From NCBI RefSeq assembly GCF_026571515.1, contig NW_026861373.1, positions 1-64,000 on the forward strand: a DNA stretch of 64,000 nucleotides, read 5' to 3'. Positions 23,152-38,200 of this stretch are shown in pieces (position 1 is the stretch's first letter; each line of letters begins with the position of its first letter). This DNA comes from Ruditapes philippinarum (lineage: Eukaryota). A program made the translations under genes and the position numbers. Under the pieces are notes generated by a model. That model saw only the letters and a list, made by a program, of their open reading frames with translations. It searched no databases and was not told where the DNA came from.

Positions 23152-26100
23152 TACAACATCGTCAAATGAACAACTCTACCCATAAAACATAGCGTCATTG
23201 AATCTCATTTTGGGATTACTTATTCAATAAACTAATATAATACAGGAGATGCTCTCCACAGTTTTGTTGTTTACTCAAACTATTAAAAGTATGCAAATAA
23301 GCATTAAATGATATATTGACTAACTACATAACGTGCAATAATATAAGTGTTAGGAGAACACTTACAAAATAAAATTTAATATTTGAAATTGTTAAAAATA
23401 TAAGTTTTATCATGCTTTTTTAACCAATTAAAGACACACACATAAACACTTAAACTATTTTTGACTTTGTTAAATACATGTATACAAAACTTGGCTAACA
23501 AACTGATAAAGCAAACTTTATTTTAACAACACTAAGCGTGAATACCTAAAAGTGTTCTTTTAACTTATGGTGTTTGTGCACGATATTAAAATTGCAAACG
23601 TAAACTATTATCCATTCCTGAACAACAGGAGCTCCACCTAATTGCCAGAGGCTACTGGTCGATTTCTCACACGCCCACAATTTGCTGGAACTCGAGCAAA
23701 TACTTGTTCTGATTGGAGAAATATTCCCTAGCCTTCATGAGAAACTACGTCATTTCCATGAGACAGGGGTGTTTACACGTTTTTATAACCATGGGATGAC
23801 ACACAAAGTATTAGAACTGGTTAACATACAGCTTTAGTGCAATTCAGAAAATGTTTATTTTGTAACGATTTTCACAGCTATTCTGTGATTTTTCATTTTA
23901 CAGTACCTATTTTGTGTTATTCTTTTCTCTTTTATTGTCAATGAATTGTGAATGAAATTATAGGTAACAAGTATGACATGTTTTGTATGGTCAAAATTTG
24001 AACAAAATTTGTCCACAAAAAAGCAATAAATACCGAAAAATGTAAGTTTTGTGTTATAAATGCCTCTGAGTGTACATGTTTAACAATATATCAAATGATT
24101 TCAGTAAAAAAAAAAATCTGATATCAAGAATTGATATTCATATTGGTCGGAATCAACCCTCTACCCCCTACACAATATTAATTTGATGTTTAGTGATCAA
24201 TACTTATTCGTTGTTAAATCAGATAAAAATGTCAAATTGAAAAAAAAAATAAACAAAAATGAGTTTGATTTAAATAAGCCTTACATACAAAGATTGATTT
24301 AAAGATACACGTCTAAAAATGCATTTTTTTAGCAACTGGTCAGTTGTATATTTTATTTATATACTTAAAGATAAGAGTACTTTAAGCAACAAATAAACAT
24401 TGTAAATCCAACGTATCTAATGACTAAAGCCATTATGGGTTACGGTTTTGATGAAAAATAAGTTTTAGAAAGAACCAGTATGTAAAAATCTTTTGCATCA
24501 CAGTTTGTCCATTTTGCACACTATTTTTGTTAGGCAGTAATACTGGACTTCATCTAAAGGATCTTGGCCGCTAAAGTCTACCCGCACATTTGATATATGA
24601 TTTGTTCATCAAAAAGATGTTGCTCAAAGTCACACTTTAACCTTTTTTAATCTATTGTGTTTACGGTTCTTTTGTTTTTCAACCTGTTCAAGATGAATTT
24701 GAATGAATATTGTTCTATGATCAACCTTATGATTATGTGTATGATTTTCAAATTAGTTCAGACAATTGTCAGTGAACCTTACGTTTTGAACACATGTCGG
24801 ATCTCCCAATTGTCTTGCGTATTTTATAATTACAAATTTGGGTAAAGTTAACTACGTTTGATCATGTGGCTTTCATTTGTCAAAGGCATCCTACTTAAAA
24901 ATCAAATTGATATGGCTGTCCTGAATTTATAAACCTACGTTAATGTTTGTACAACGGTAAGCATGATACATTCAATGTTACAACTATATCCATGGTTACT
25001 TTAATTTGACAAAAGAGAAACAATTCTAAAGTAACTGCATACACATGTCTACAAGATGAACCTTATACATGCAATTTTCCGGCTTTGAGCAGTTTACACC
25101 TTGACATTGGATGCTTTACGGCTTTATAGCTACCCTTAACTCATTGCCTTTGTCGGACAAGCTACTTTCACTTATCACATTGTAAATAGAATGAATCAGT
25201 GTAATGTTTCAGTATGTAATTTAGCTGTTGATATAGATATATATTGGAATATCATTTGCCTTAATGGATGGCATGGTTATGAGTGATTCAACGATCTAAA
25301 TATCATTGCAAACAGATGACGCATCATTTTCATTATAATCAATGATGCAGAAAAAGCTCTTAAGAATAACATACTTGGGGAAGATAAATGTTTGAGTTGT
25401 TGCTATGTGGTGTTGCTCTAGATAGATTACATTAATTGGAAATAAATACTTATGAAAAAATTGATACTGCTCTATATAAAACCACTATGAATATGTTAAT
25501 AGATCAGAACATTTGAATCACAGAATTTCCTAGCTTGTGGCTTAGTCAGGACATTTTATGGCAATCTGCTGCAGAAGTGTAACCATGATATCTTTTTTAA
25601 AGGCAAAGTCATTCTTAATTACTGTACCAAAAAAGGATTTAAATCCAAAGATATTTTATTATGACAAAGGAGAACATTCTGCAAACATGGTATGATCAGA
25701 CTAATAGCTATTGTTTCATTTACATTTTACATGATACAGATGTTATTGCTTTTGATAAACGTAAATTAAACACACCATTCTATCTTGTGATTAATGTAAT
25801 GGTCGGGTTTTAAATCTAAACAAACAAAGACAAAGTAAAGTTCACATGATGATTTTCCACCTTCACTAGTGACGTAAGAAGAGGCATGAGCGGGCATCCG
25901 AGTAGAATCAACGCCAACATATAACATGAAAAGTATAATTAAAAAATAACCGTCCTTTGATGCAAAAAGTATTTGTCATAATTCGTCTACCCTTCTTTTA
26001 GTATGTAAATCTGCTGATTAGTCATAATAAAGAAATATGTTTATGTTACCTTCAAAATAACATGTTAAAAGTTTTGAACAATTAACTTCCATTTTGGTTT

Positions 26101-26221
26101 CCCAAAACCCACGTCTATTTTACACAAGAACAAGTTACTGGTCTTTGTTATATAATGTGTCACTGTAACATTACATGAAATGTAGTTAATCCGATTTATA
26201 GAATGTCACGAATGAAAAATA

Positions 26222-26897
26222 CAGTGAAAACCCTCAATTAAGACCACCTTTTGGACTGGTCCAAAGTGATCTTAATTGCGGGGTGGTCTTAATTTTGAAT
26301 ATTCTTATTGCATACATACTTTATGACCATGGTCTATTTTAGCCATGTTGCATGAACAAACAAAATGTATCTTAACAATTATATAAAAATATGTTATAAT
26401 ATTTAATCTGATGAGAGGTAAATATGAAGAAATTTAACATTAAATTCTATTTGGTCTGATTTCAATATTTTTATTTTATAAATATATATTATTATATGAT
26501 GTACATACTTCACATAATAAAAAATAATTCTTCACAAAATAAATGTGGCGAAAACAACATTAAACCACTCTAAAATTTACATTTTCACTTGATTTCATAC
26601 AATAACCCAATAACAACAGCTTTTCACACCTTGTGAAATCAAGTGTCATAATTAAGTTCATTCAAGCAGATGATACAACAAATTAAAGAATTAGGAATGT
26701 GTTGACTATGATATCAGTGGTCTCAATAGTGGGGTCAAATAAAGAAATAAACAATGAATTGGGATTGAATCTGGTGGTCTTAAAAGTAAATAAGCGGGGT
26801 GGTCTTAATTCTGGACAGAAAGTTCCGTTCTATTAAATAGTCTTAATAGCGGGGATTGGTCTTAATTCCGGGGTGGTCTTAAGTAGGGATTGTACTC
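26222..26897. mobile_element. Tc1/mariner-type MITE
   Basis: TA-flanked imperfect TIRs cagtgaaaaccctcaattaagaccacc / ggtggtcttaagtagggattgtactc; internal ggtggtcttaa repeats; absent from the paralogous block at about 50290. Confidence 0.75.
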
Positions 26898-27203
26898 TAA
26901 TCTATATAAAAAATAGTGTAAAATCCTGTAAAATCTATTTAAATGAATTGATCTATTTATAATTCATTATATACGCAGTATGCTAAAATAAAAAAAATCA
27001 CGGAGTATCGATTTACTACGATAGCTATACAGGAGTTCTAGAAGTTTGCATGGGATATTCAAAGGTATATATTTATTTGTTTATTCAGATTATTGGTTAT
27101 CATTTAGAATAACATGAAATAGTAAGATGCTTGTTTTTCTTGCAGAGTTAAAACTTAAACTGACTTTTATATCATACAGAGCTTGACCTCACATTTTATG
27201 TAG

Positions 27204-27983
27204 NNNNNNNNNNNNNNNNNNNNNNNNNNNNNNNNNNNNNNNNNNNNNNNNNNNNNNNNNNNNNNNNNNNNNNNNNNNNNNNNNNNNNNNNNNNNNNNNN
27301 NNNNNNNNNNNNNNNNNNNNNNNNNNNNNNNNNNNNNNNNNNNNNNNNNNNNNNNNNNNNNNNNNNNNNNNNNNNNNNNNNNNNNNNNNNNNNNNNNNNN
27401 NNNNNNNNNNNNNNNNNNNNNNNNNNNNNNNNNNNNNNNNNNNNNNNNNNNNNNNNNNNNNNNNNNNNNNNNNNNNNNNNNNNNNNNNNNNNNNNNNNNN
27501 NNNNNNNNNNNNNNNNNNNNNNNNNNNNNNNNNNNNNNNNNNNNNNNNNNNNNNNNNNNNNNNNNNNNNNNNNNNNNNNNNNNNNNNNNNNNNNNNNNNN
27601 NNNNNNNNNNNNNNNNNNNNNNNNNNNNNNNNNNNNNNNNNNNNNNNNNNNNNNNNNNNNNNNNNNNNNNNNNNNNNNNNNNNNNNNNNNNNNNNNNNNN
27701 NNNNNNNNNNNNNNNNNNNNNNNNNNNNNNNNNNNNNNNNNNNNNNNNNNNNNNNNNNNNNNNNNNNNNNNNNNNNNNNNNNNNNNNNNNNNNNNNNNNN
27801 NNNNNNNNNNNNNNNNNNNNNNNNNNNNNNNNNNNNNNNNNNNNNNNNNNNNNNNNNNNNNNNNNNNNNNNNNNNNNNNNNNNNNNNNNNNNNNNNNNNN
27901 NNNNNNNNNNNNNNNNNNNNNNNNNNNNNNNNNNNNNNNNNNNNNNNNNNNNNNNNNNNNNNNNNNNNNNNNNNNNNNNNNNN
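27204..27983. other. Assembly gap (780 N)
   Basis: Run of N. Confidence 1.
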
Positions 27984-29450
27984 ATAAATCAATTTATTTC
28001 TCAGGTAAGGAAATAGTTTTTTTTTAAATTTTTAACTATTTTAATCAATTCAGATATAAACATTAAAAATAAGTGATTTTTAAAACGGTAAAGTGAATTT
28101 ATGCAGATATTTACAAACTGACGAGGATGTATTCTTGGATGCGTGTAATTTGACTACTGGTTTCCCAACACTACTAGTTTCCCAACAATATATATCTGTA
28201 TTTAGAAAGAAAATGTTAATTTAAAGATATTGTGATTAACAGTAATTCGTAAGAATATTACTTGTGCATTCACTTTGTGTTGTCATTAAAGTAAATCGGA
28301 ATTATTTGTTGCGTTGTATTGGTACCAGAATTAAATGATATTTTATAGGTCCGTGATAAAACTGAAGTGGTTTACCTACAACAAACCTAAACCAGAAAGT
28401 GAATTCTTTATCAATATAGAATTTTTTTTAAAGGACTTGTGCCTAGTTGGAAATGATGTAACACTATCTTAAACAGGGAAATGAACGTTTCTCTTTCGTA
28501 CAAATTTAATTTAGAAAGATAAAGTGATTAGATCTCATAAAAGTGTGTGGCATTATTTGTAGCAGCAATATGTGAACTCAGTTGGTGTTCTGATAAAAAA
28601 TGAGTTCATTTATTACATGAATATTGAAAATTATTACATTAACATATTAACTTCAACAGTTTACGCCGCCAAAAAGTATTGATAGGTATTATACTGGAAA
28701 CATTGAAGACCACTGCTCCCGTCATGCCAATCTTTCAGCTTATAGTCATTTGGCCATGTTCAGGATATAAGCTATGTTTGAAATTTCATACCATTCAAAA
28801 TGAAATGTGAAGATGTATCCTGGCAAAATGAAACGGTTCGTTAAATTTATGTTTCCTTTATATATAATTATATATTATTATATTCTGAATTGAATTGCTT
28901 AAGTTTATAATATTAAGATAGTAAACTGTAAATATATACCTAGGTTCTTGACGAATTATGGCATTTGGTTCGAGGAAAATGTGAATTTTCATAGATTAAA
29001 TAGTTATATACTTATATGTTTTTGCTCACAAAACTTTTTAAGTTGAATAGTTTATCTTACAAATTACGTACCGTGTTTGTTGAAAATACTTTGTGAGTAT
29101 TACTTGACATAGTACCTAATAGAAAAATTATATTTTAACAGATTTTAGATTAATGAAGGGATTATTCGTATAGACTATAATCATGTTTAGTCGGAATTTC
29201 TTTTACATGCACAAAGTAAAGCGGTTTTCTTTCAAGTATGCAAATAAAAGAATACTAAACATTGTATCTGCAATTATAATGTAAAAATACTTTTTATTCA
29301 ATGTCACATTTATCTAGTAGAATGTTGTATATACTCGTATATAAGATACATGTTAAATATGACAGAGATGTATAAATAAATTGGTTTTCCAAATCTATTA
29401 TTAAACATATAGTGCAGCCGTACTGATATCGGTTAGTATTAATGAAAACC

Positions 29451-31996
29451 CAGGCCTCGACATTAGCGGTGGTCCGTTGGTCCGAGACCACTTGATTTTG
29501 GCAAGGACCACCTAATTTTAAAACCCACTGGTCCGTCGGACCACTTGACTTTTCTGGTTGATGCAAGGCTTATATGGGAGAATGGCCATTTTGTCAAAAA
29601 CATGTTATATATTTTATATTATATATATTTTGTTTAAAATCTATGTCCGATGTACATGTATATGGTTCATTAATATCTGATTAGTTAAAGAAGTTCTTAA
29701 GTCATCAATAACTCAATAAATCATTTTAAGACGCTAAAATTTTGTTTATGCAAGCTAAAAGAGTTAAGAATTTGTGATGTAAATTTAATTAGGTACAAAA
29801 TTCATAAAAATGGTGCTAGTAATTATACATCGTCTGATAACCACGGCGGAACACATTTATGTTATGTTACATGTTAAGCCCGTCTCACACAAAACACGGT
29901 TGGACACACTATTCCCATACGGTATACTCGGTTATACACGGGTTGACTGGTACGAGTTTTGAGCTCCAGCCGTGCTTGTGGATTAGTTGGCACGAATTAG
30001 ACTCGAATATAGCACGAGTATGTACGAATTGAGCACGGAATAACTCGGTCAAGCAAGGTTTGAACACGATTTGCATACGAATACATACGACTGTTGTACA
30101 GTTCCAAGTACGGTCTAGTACGGTCTGGTACGGTTAAACACGACTTTTACTCGATTTACTCGACTTTCACAGGGTTTACATAGGGTCCCGCCGACTTTTG
30201 TTCGAGTTAGGCTCGAAATATCACACATTTGTGTATGTTTTGATATAAATTAACCCATTTTGATGACTTGGCTTCATGAATTTTCGAAATTTCAGCGAAG
30301 AACACCTATATATAGATCATTAACATCAATAAATGAATAAAATGGTGAACAAATATAAAATGAATGTGCCTTTTTTTTCTGTGGTGCAGCGGTTGCTGGA
30401 GGGTCCACCGAGCTGGCATTGGAGTTTGAATCCCTGGGAGACATGGTTATTGTCGGTTGGTCCTCCAGCTTATCAGAGTCAATAAGTTGGAGTGGTCGGT
30501 GGGCCTGGATATGGCTTTTCTTGTATTCCTTCCATGCGTCCAAACCTTCTTCTTTGGAAACATTCTAGTGTGATGCAGCAAGTACTCTTGGTAGGGTAGC
30601 AGCAGTTAGTTGTGTTTTGTAACGTTCTTGCTGAGGCCGTGTTAGAACGTACGAGGCCGTGTGAGACCCTGTATACCCGTACTTTACCGTGTCGGCCATG
30701 TATGTTTCGTATATGAACCGTATTGGTCGTATGACGATCGTATGAAACCGTGTGTGCACTCGTTTGAATCGTACCGTGATCTTGTGACATTCGGGTGTTA
30801 ATCGGGTGTTGGATGTAGGACTTGGGACGGTCTCCGATCGATTCCATACGATTTATATACGACATTGATACGGTTGGGCTCACTCGTGGATTGGACTTCA
30901 CATACGGCTGTATATACGGTCTCATACGGTCTCACACGGTCTCTTACGGTATTGTACGGTCGCTTATACGGTCATACACGGACATGGCATCCGTACCAGT
31001 TTTTTAAAAGTTTTAAAAATCATACACGGCTTACACGGATACACTCGAATGGCCCGATTGTAACTCGGATAACGCTACGGTTAGTTCGGTTGTATGTACG
31101 GTTTACACGGGTGGCCAACCGTGTAAGCCGTGTGTCCTGTGTGAGATGGGCTTTAATCAACCGTGAGTATCCGATGATGGTAATTATATGATATTGGATA
31201 AACTTAAATTTCAGATACTTGAATAACGGCAGCAAACGAAAGGAACTGGAAAAATACATCTAGTAATTCTATGCTATTTATCTTTATTTTAACTGTTTAA
31301 CGATAAGAGATCTGTTTCTTCTAGAGTCAAAATTATTTCAAAAGGTTAAAAATACCCAATGTCAAAAATGAATATCAACGAACAAGCAACTAGGAAGTAA
31401 AATTCTGTATGATAAATCTGTGAGAAAAATAAGATAAGTTAGAGTAAATAATAACGTTGTCATTATTTCAATAATTAAGATATTTCCTTGTTTTCAAAGA
31501 CAAGAATGAGATAATTTATTAGTTCCATTGAAAATGTTAAACTATAAAAGATGCTATGTTATTATCATGATTATAAGCCATACCACGTATCAGCAATGAA
31601 TATTTGAATAACAGTAAGAAAATAACAGACACAAATGGCTTCATTATTTCCTAACTTGAGTTGAGGGAGAAATCACTTTAATATAAAAGTTAACATAAAT
31701 AAGAGCTCTGTTGTGTATTTTTCACTGAGATAAAAACAAATAAACAAATAACTCTACGATAAAATACCTACTGACTTGCTCTCCCTTTTCTGATTAGATG
31801 AAAAATATATATCTAAAAATATCTGTTTTCTTTAAAGGTTAATAATACATCTTTGTCATAAAGTTAACATTTTTTTCTACATTTGCAGTAAAATGATATA
31901 ATAATGATAACTGACCACCTGACTTCTGGAAGGACCACTTAACGTTCAAATCTAGTGGTCCGGCGTACCACCTGCTAAAAAAGTTAGTGTCGAGGC
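29451..31996. mobile_element. hAT-like non-autonomous element, interrupted by a nested Harbinger element
   Basis: caggcctcgacattagc ... gttagtgtcgaggc TIRs, subterminal ggaccac repeats; left flank tgaaaacc, right remnant aaacc. Confidence 0.65.
29877..31152. mobile_element. PIF/Harbinger-type non-autonomous element
   Basis: TIRs agcccgtctcacaca / tgtgtgagatgggct, TTA target-site duplication on both sides, dense (T/C)ACGG subterminal repeats. Confidence 0.8.
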
Positions 31997-32634
31997 AAAC
32001 CTATCTAATATGTCAATATAAATCGGTATTGAATGCGTCTTCGCTATTGTAGTAAAATAGTAAAGTATATTTTTATTATAATTATCCTTATCTGATTATT
32101 TAAGTCGCACATGCAAACGAATGATGTTCTTCAAAACAGTATGAAACACTTTCAGTTTGTAGTTAATCGCTCATATGACAATGCTATAAAATAAAGTTAC
32201 ATTTTTATTAAGAATTTAAAGTTGTTTACCTGATTTTTTGTCTTTTCATATTGCTTTCTGATATTATGATATAACTGTATAAATAATTTTAGTCTAGCTA
32301 TTTCACACGAACTTAACCAGAACCGTTTTTGATGATCCTGATGTGATATAAATATAGATTCAGTTGGTTCCGTTGCATTGGATGGTGTCACAAGTTATAG
32401 ATAGAGATAAATAATGAACAACATTTTCTGTTTTACATGATTTGTTACTGTCAATTATTATTAAAGTGATTATGATTAAATATGTCTATCTAATGGTATA
32501 TAGTGCGTGTACAGGTTAAAGTCGATATTAGTTTACATTTCATTTTGCCATAATTCCTTTCAATTTATATTTTACTTCTCATAAACGGTTAATAGCTCAC
32601 CTGGTACATGAATCGTTCAATCGATATAAAGAGT

Positions 32635-32644
32635 GGGGAATTCC
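32635..32644 (+). promoter_or_regulatory. Consensus NF-kB site GGGGAATTCC upstream of gene B
   Basis: Matches GGGRNWYYCC; about 0.9 kb before a candidate 5' UTR exon at 33534-33589. Confidence 0.35.
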
Positions 32645-35208
32645 TTTTATATTTAAGGCAGATTTATATTTAATCCGAAACATTTTTCAATACCAACTGT
32701 TTGTCAATCACCATTACAGATAATAGTCAATCTTTTAAATTAAATAGTCAATTCAGCTCAACTTGACAATGAAAAAATGAACTTTGGCCACTTTAACGTA
32801 ATATTTTAGTATTAATAAGATGGTCACATGAAATTGAAATTAAAAAAAAACAAAACAAGTTGACCGGCACCCTTTCTTCTAATGATGAGATATTTTATAC
32901 AGAAATAAACATTTTAGAGTCACAAAATATAATAATCTTTGCACACAGCGTTTCCATAATCTGTGGACCAATTTTTATAAAATTATACAAAGATAATTAT
33001 TGAGTTCATCTTTACAAAATGACTTAAACTTTCAACAGTCTGTGATGAAAGAAAACATGAAACAACAACAATAAGCTTAACAATCAAATAGACAATACTT
33101 AGGAACAATTTTTGACCCTGAAACGGACCTTCATCCCGACAGTTGACAACGGATTCTTAAAAATGTGTTTGTTGTATTTAAGAATTATATCTCGGATTCC
33201 CGAATTATACGATTTAGAAGAGTTAAAAAGCATCATTGTGTTATTTTATCGAAAACGTAAACGCGTTAACGCTTTCAAGTAATGCAATATTCAGAAAACT
33301 TCATATAAAATATCTAATGAGTTAAATTTCATTGTTAATGTTTTCTTTATGTTCATAACTCATAAGCTCACAGAGGATCCACTATCAAACACAAAGCTCG
33401 TACGTAAAATTTCCAAATTGCTGCTTTCTGATTTTCTATAATTGGATAGGACATGAGTTCATTAGACAACGACACTCTTATAAATATAATTATTATCGTT
33501 GACTAATGGTATACTTTCCAATTTAACATTTAGAAATCTGGAACCTATTTGAGTATGTCAAGTGATGTAAAACTGTGTCACAAGAGCCGGTGAGCGCGAA
33601 GTCTTGTTATGACCTTTTTGTTTGTTTATATTACTGTGGCTTCTTTTTCTTAGTTTTAATATGGTTTTGTAACAGTATAAACATGTATGCTTCTTTTATG
33701 CAACTAGTATTTTCAAATGTTTCTCTGTTACTATATTGTTTGTAAATTTTACATTTAATTTAATTTTACCCATGAAATATGGTGCTATATCAGCCAAATA
33801 TATAGCATATTTGTGAAAAACAATTATGAAAATAAATATTAAAATGGGCGGAACCAAGATGGGACTACTTTTTCAGTTATTTCTCTTTTACAATGAGTAG
33901 CTTCAGCTATTCATTTCATCATTGACAGACATTATCTGGATATAATTTTTTTTCAAGACAGTATGAATTCGAAGCGCGTCACGCACCTATAAATAATCTA
34001 TGTATTACTCCGCGCTGTACAATTGCAACTGCGCAGAAAATAGATGTGTTCGTAAACAACGTTTTTCTTGAAGGTAAAATAATACAATAAGGTTGCTATT
34101 TTTTCTTCTTTTTTTTTTGAAGAATGGAATTTATCTTCACTTAACATGATGGAATTCTTTATATTTACTCATTGTCCCGGCTCGTGAAAATATATGGAAT
34201 TTTATGTTTCTTGAAAATATGCTCCATATTTCACCCAAACGAAAAACTATCCTCTTAGTATTCCTTCCTTGCATGAAATGTATATATATTTGCTATGGTT
34301 TTATTATAATACTTTCTGAATCATCAAATTCTGTGTGTTTGTTATGCACAGGCTTGGAGGATACCTAACCTTGTCTCAATGTCTCAAATGTTGAATTTCA
34401 TTGCAAATGCCATTTTGTGTATGTTATTTTTTCTCCTTATTGTAGTGCAGTATCCACTTTTTTTCGATACTCAATGCATATAGCTTTAAAATCTTTGGCG
34501 CAAAATATTATTTTAAAGACTTTGCTATCATCATAACTTAACTTTATTTATTTCATGGGAAAAGTTACATGGTTATGAATGGCAGCTTTAATATTGCCCT
34601 AGCTTGTCTCATTTACTTTGTTAACAACCTTCAATGATTGCTACTTTTGAAATAACTAATTAGAAATATATAAAAGGAAATGATTTCATTTATATCAGCT
34701 GTGCAGTTTTTGGTGGTTTGGAAACATATAGCTTTTGTAAATTTGCTTTTCCTTAACTGTTCACATGTCTTTTGATTAAATTGTTTTGGTGATAATTTCA
34801 ACATGTCATTCATGTTATAGTTATATCACCATTCTTTTATGTTATAAAATGATATCATGAAAAAAAAAAAACAAAAACAACGACCTGACTATTATGGTAT
34901 ACATTTCATTTTATACTTACTTTATTTAAAGAGCAGCATATTGATGATTTTAATTAATGATACAATACTTAGTAGGATATATTTTTATATATGCATATGA
35001 GAATGCATCTAATTAAATTATTTAAATTCGTTAAACAAATTGGAATAATAATGAAATGTTTCCTTAAGCTTATGGGTATCGAATACATTTTTATTTATAA
35101 AATATAGTCATTACTTAGATAATGTAGAAGATATAAAAACTATATCAAATTAAGAGCCGTACGAGTACATTTGCTCAACATGCATTCTAAAACGGTTGTA
35201 TGTTTTAG

Positions 35209-38200
35209 GTTAAAAGCCAACTCACACATTTGTATATAGTATATACCGTGTCAAGCAATACCAACACGTCAAATGAAAATGATGATGGGACAAAATACAT
35301 GGCTCAAGAAAACACACCCATTCTGTTACAATTGAATGACTTCAAGAACTTGACACAAAGAAAACAAGGTATCAATGAAACGCTTTTTATAAATGACCAT
35401 GAATGTTCATCGACATTATATAAATTCATAAAAACATGGATATGCTAATCATTTACTTACTGTTCATTTTAATTTTCATACTCATTTATCAGGTTAACAC
35501 ACAAAAATAAAAACATTATTTGAAATAAATTTTAGAAGCAGAATCAGTTGCACCTAAGGACGAGTACCGCTTATTAGTACAAAAGGAGCACCCGCAAGAA
35601 AAAAGCCAAGAAGCAGACAGTTATGTTCGTCAGATTTCAAGCTCAACGCAAGTTACAAAGGTATGTGATTGTAACCTTTCCCTAATTTTGATCAGTTATT
35701 AAAGTCTAAGTTTTTAGATTCAATGGTTTGATATGTTAAATTGAGGAAGCGTGGTTTCCACAATTTTTAAGATATATTGACAAAATTCCCAAGTTAATGT
35801 TGTCATGTTTCAATACAGAAACAAAAAGAAATTGCAAAATCTCAAAACTTTACAGTGTCTTTATTCATTTATTACATTCATTGCAAATGTGTTCGAATAA
35901 AAATATAAATATAAGCATATCAACTTTTGCAAGCGTTACTAAGATGTACTTATTTGTGCTTTTCGACTGTGTACTCCACTGGATGATTTTAAATGAATGT
36001 TCAAATTGGTTGATGTATCTAATCGTGAATTACATATGATAATATTTTCCATTTTGCCTACAATCTGAAATCAGACACACACTTTATAAGTAAAGCAATG
36101 AACTTTTGGTAAAACAAAAGTTAATGTTACTTTGCGATTCTGCTCAATGTATGCTACTATTATAATTTGTTTCCGGTGTCTTTTTAACAGATTTTGTTCT
36201 CGAATTGTTATATTTCAAAAGGTTTTGGCGAAAAAACATCGTGTGTTAGAATATGAGCATCTCAAGTCGAACATGGAGCATGCTTTAAAGAAAATGCCTG
36301 TTTCAACAGACATCAAGAGAGGAAGTCTTCCTTTAAATGGATCGATGTCCTGTACATACCCTATCCGTTTTAAAACATACGTATGTCTGTTGATGTTATA
36401 TCTTAACAGAGTTGCCATTTTCATATTTACTTATATCAAACCATCCGAGACAGCGAGCCTGTTAGGAATCTTCTGAGACAAGTTTATGAAAAATAACTAG
36501 TAGGATAAAGTCTGTAACGCGTTAGAATAAGCGTTTCAAAATATATGATTAACACTTTTAATTAATTTTAAACAAGCTAAAAGTAAACATTCGCGCTTAT
36601 TCCGTTTTTTCCATTTCACTTATTTAAAGATATATTGCTTTACTAGTATTTACTTGATTAATTTTATTCAAATGTGATAACAATGTTTATCCAATACGTA
36701 TGTGAATAAATACTCATATTAAATACTCTTGTTTTGCAAAGTAATTAATACTCACAGAGATTAAACGATTAAATAATTTTTCTTTTTCTAAATTCAGGTG
36801 TTTATGATTTTACTGTCACCCTATCTTTCCGATGCCATGAACATACAACCTCTAACCGAAAACGATCAAAGTCTCTCGAAGATACAAACCTTTGTGTCTC
36901 TCAGCACTCCGTACTGCAACCCATCAAATTTAAATATGACCTGCCCTTTTCAAGGAAGTGATAACATGCAACTATTAATCGATCGTTGCGAATTCAAGAA
37001 AATGTGTTCATCAGGATACACACCTCTATGTGTCAACAATGAAAAAGGAATGGCTTTCATCTGCGCTCCAGTACATCTTAGATGCGAGAAAGGTAAGCCA
37101 AACTAACTTTTAGTTGCTGTATGTTCAATCTCTTTAACTTTCTTTTGAATTGTGATTTTGTCTTTCTTTACAGAATAGATTATTTTTTCTGATTTTCCTT
37201 TTCTTACAAAATTGGCAAGATAGTTATTGCATTTCCTTACATGTCTGCTAACAATAAAATAAATGTGTCATGGTCCAAAGACTGTCCTTTCAATCGTACA
37301 ATGGTGAAAAATCATCAAATCTCTCAAAATATCTGAAATTAGTAATTTTTTATTTAAATTTGCCCTGTTCAATTAATATGCTTTGCTTGTATATGGTATA
37401 TTTTATTTTTATTGGCTTTATTGTTAAATTAAAATGTACTTTTTTAAAACTATGAGTCATCTATAAAATGTTTCTTTGTCGGCCGTTGCATTTCTCATTG
37501 CAGTCTTTGAGGAGGCTTAATTAAAACGAGTCCTGCTTTTCAATTTTGCAATTTTCATACTTTCTTTTAGAGCAATTCATACATTGTTCATTCATAATTA
37601 TATATTTTTTATTCATAATCGTATATAAATTAGCGTCAGGAGATTCATTAGCCGTCTAAAAGTGCGCACTTGGGCGGGAAATTTAAATATTAAATGATTC
37701 AAGCGCCTTGTCTAGTGCATACAGGAATTCGGTTTTTAGTGTGATTCTCAAATACTTAAGTTTCAGTCTCGCTCCTTTTCATTTAGGTCATTGGTGGAGA
37801 GTAATGAAAGACGAGGAGGACCCTTCAAAGATTAAGGTTACTGTCGAGAAATGTCCTACTGGTTATTTTCAAGAAACAAATTCCAACTGTATCAATGCAT
37901 GCAGATCAAAGCACTTAGATTTAACAAATATTGAAGAAAAATATTTGATCTATAGTGAAGGCAACCACATCTCTCCAACTATTGTCTATTGTAACTACAA
38001 AGAAGGATATTATAACAGAGCTGGGAGACTTCTATTAGATTATGACAGGGAAAGTAAACATGAACCATATTTTTGTAGTGGAAACGCTGCAAAGAACAGC
38101 CCATGTGTAGAAGGACAAGAACCCTTGCCTAGTAAGTTTTATTTGAAGCATGATTTAGAATCAAATTTCAGGACGATTGAAATGATATTTGCAGTATTTG

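Noticed and set aside
25503-25689. Exon-like segment (aatag|...catg|gtatga)
   Set aside because: Stops in all three frames and no similarity to the family.
27189-27992. 267-aa ORF in the track
   Set aside because: Artefact of the N gap.
30479-31259. Overlapping ORFs on both strands
   Set aside because: Arise from stop-poor TACGG subterminal repeats of the Harbinger-type element; no transposase motifs.
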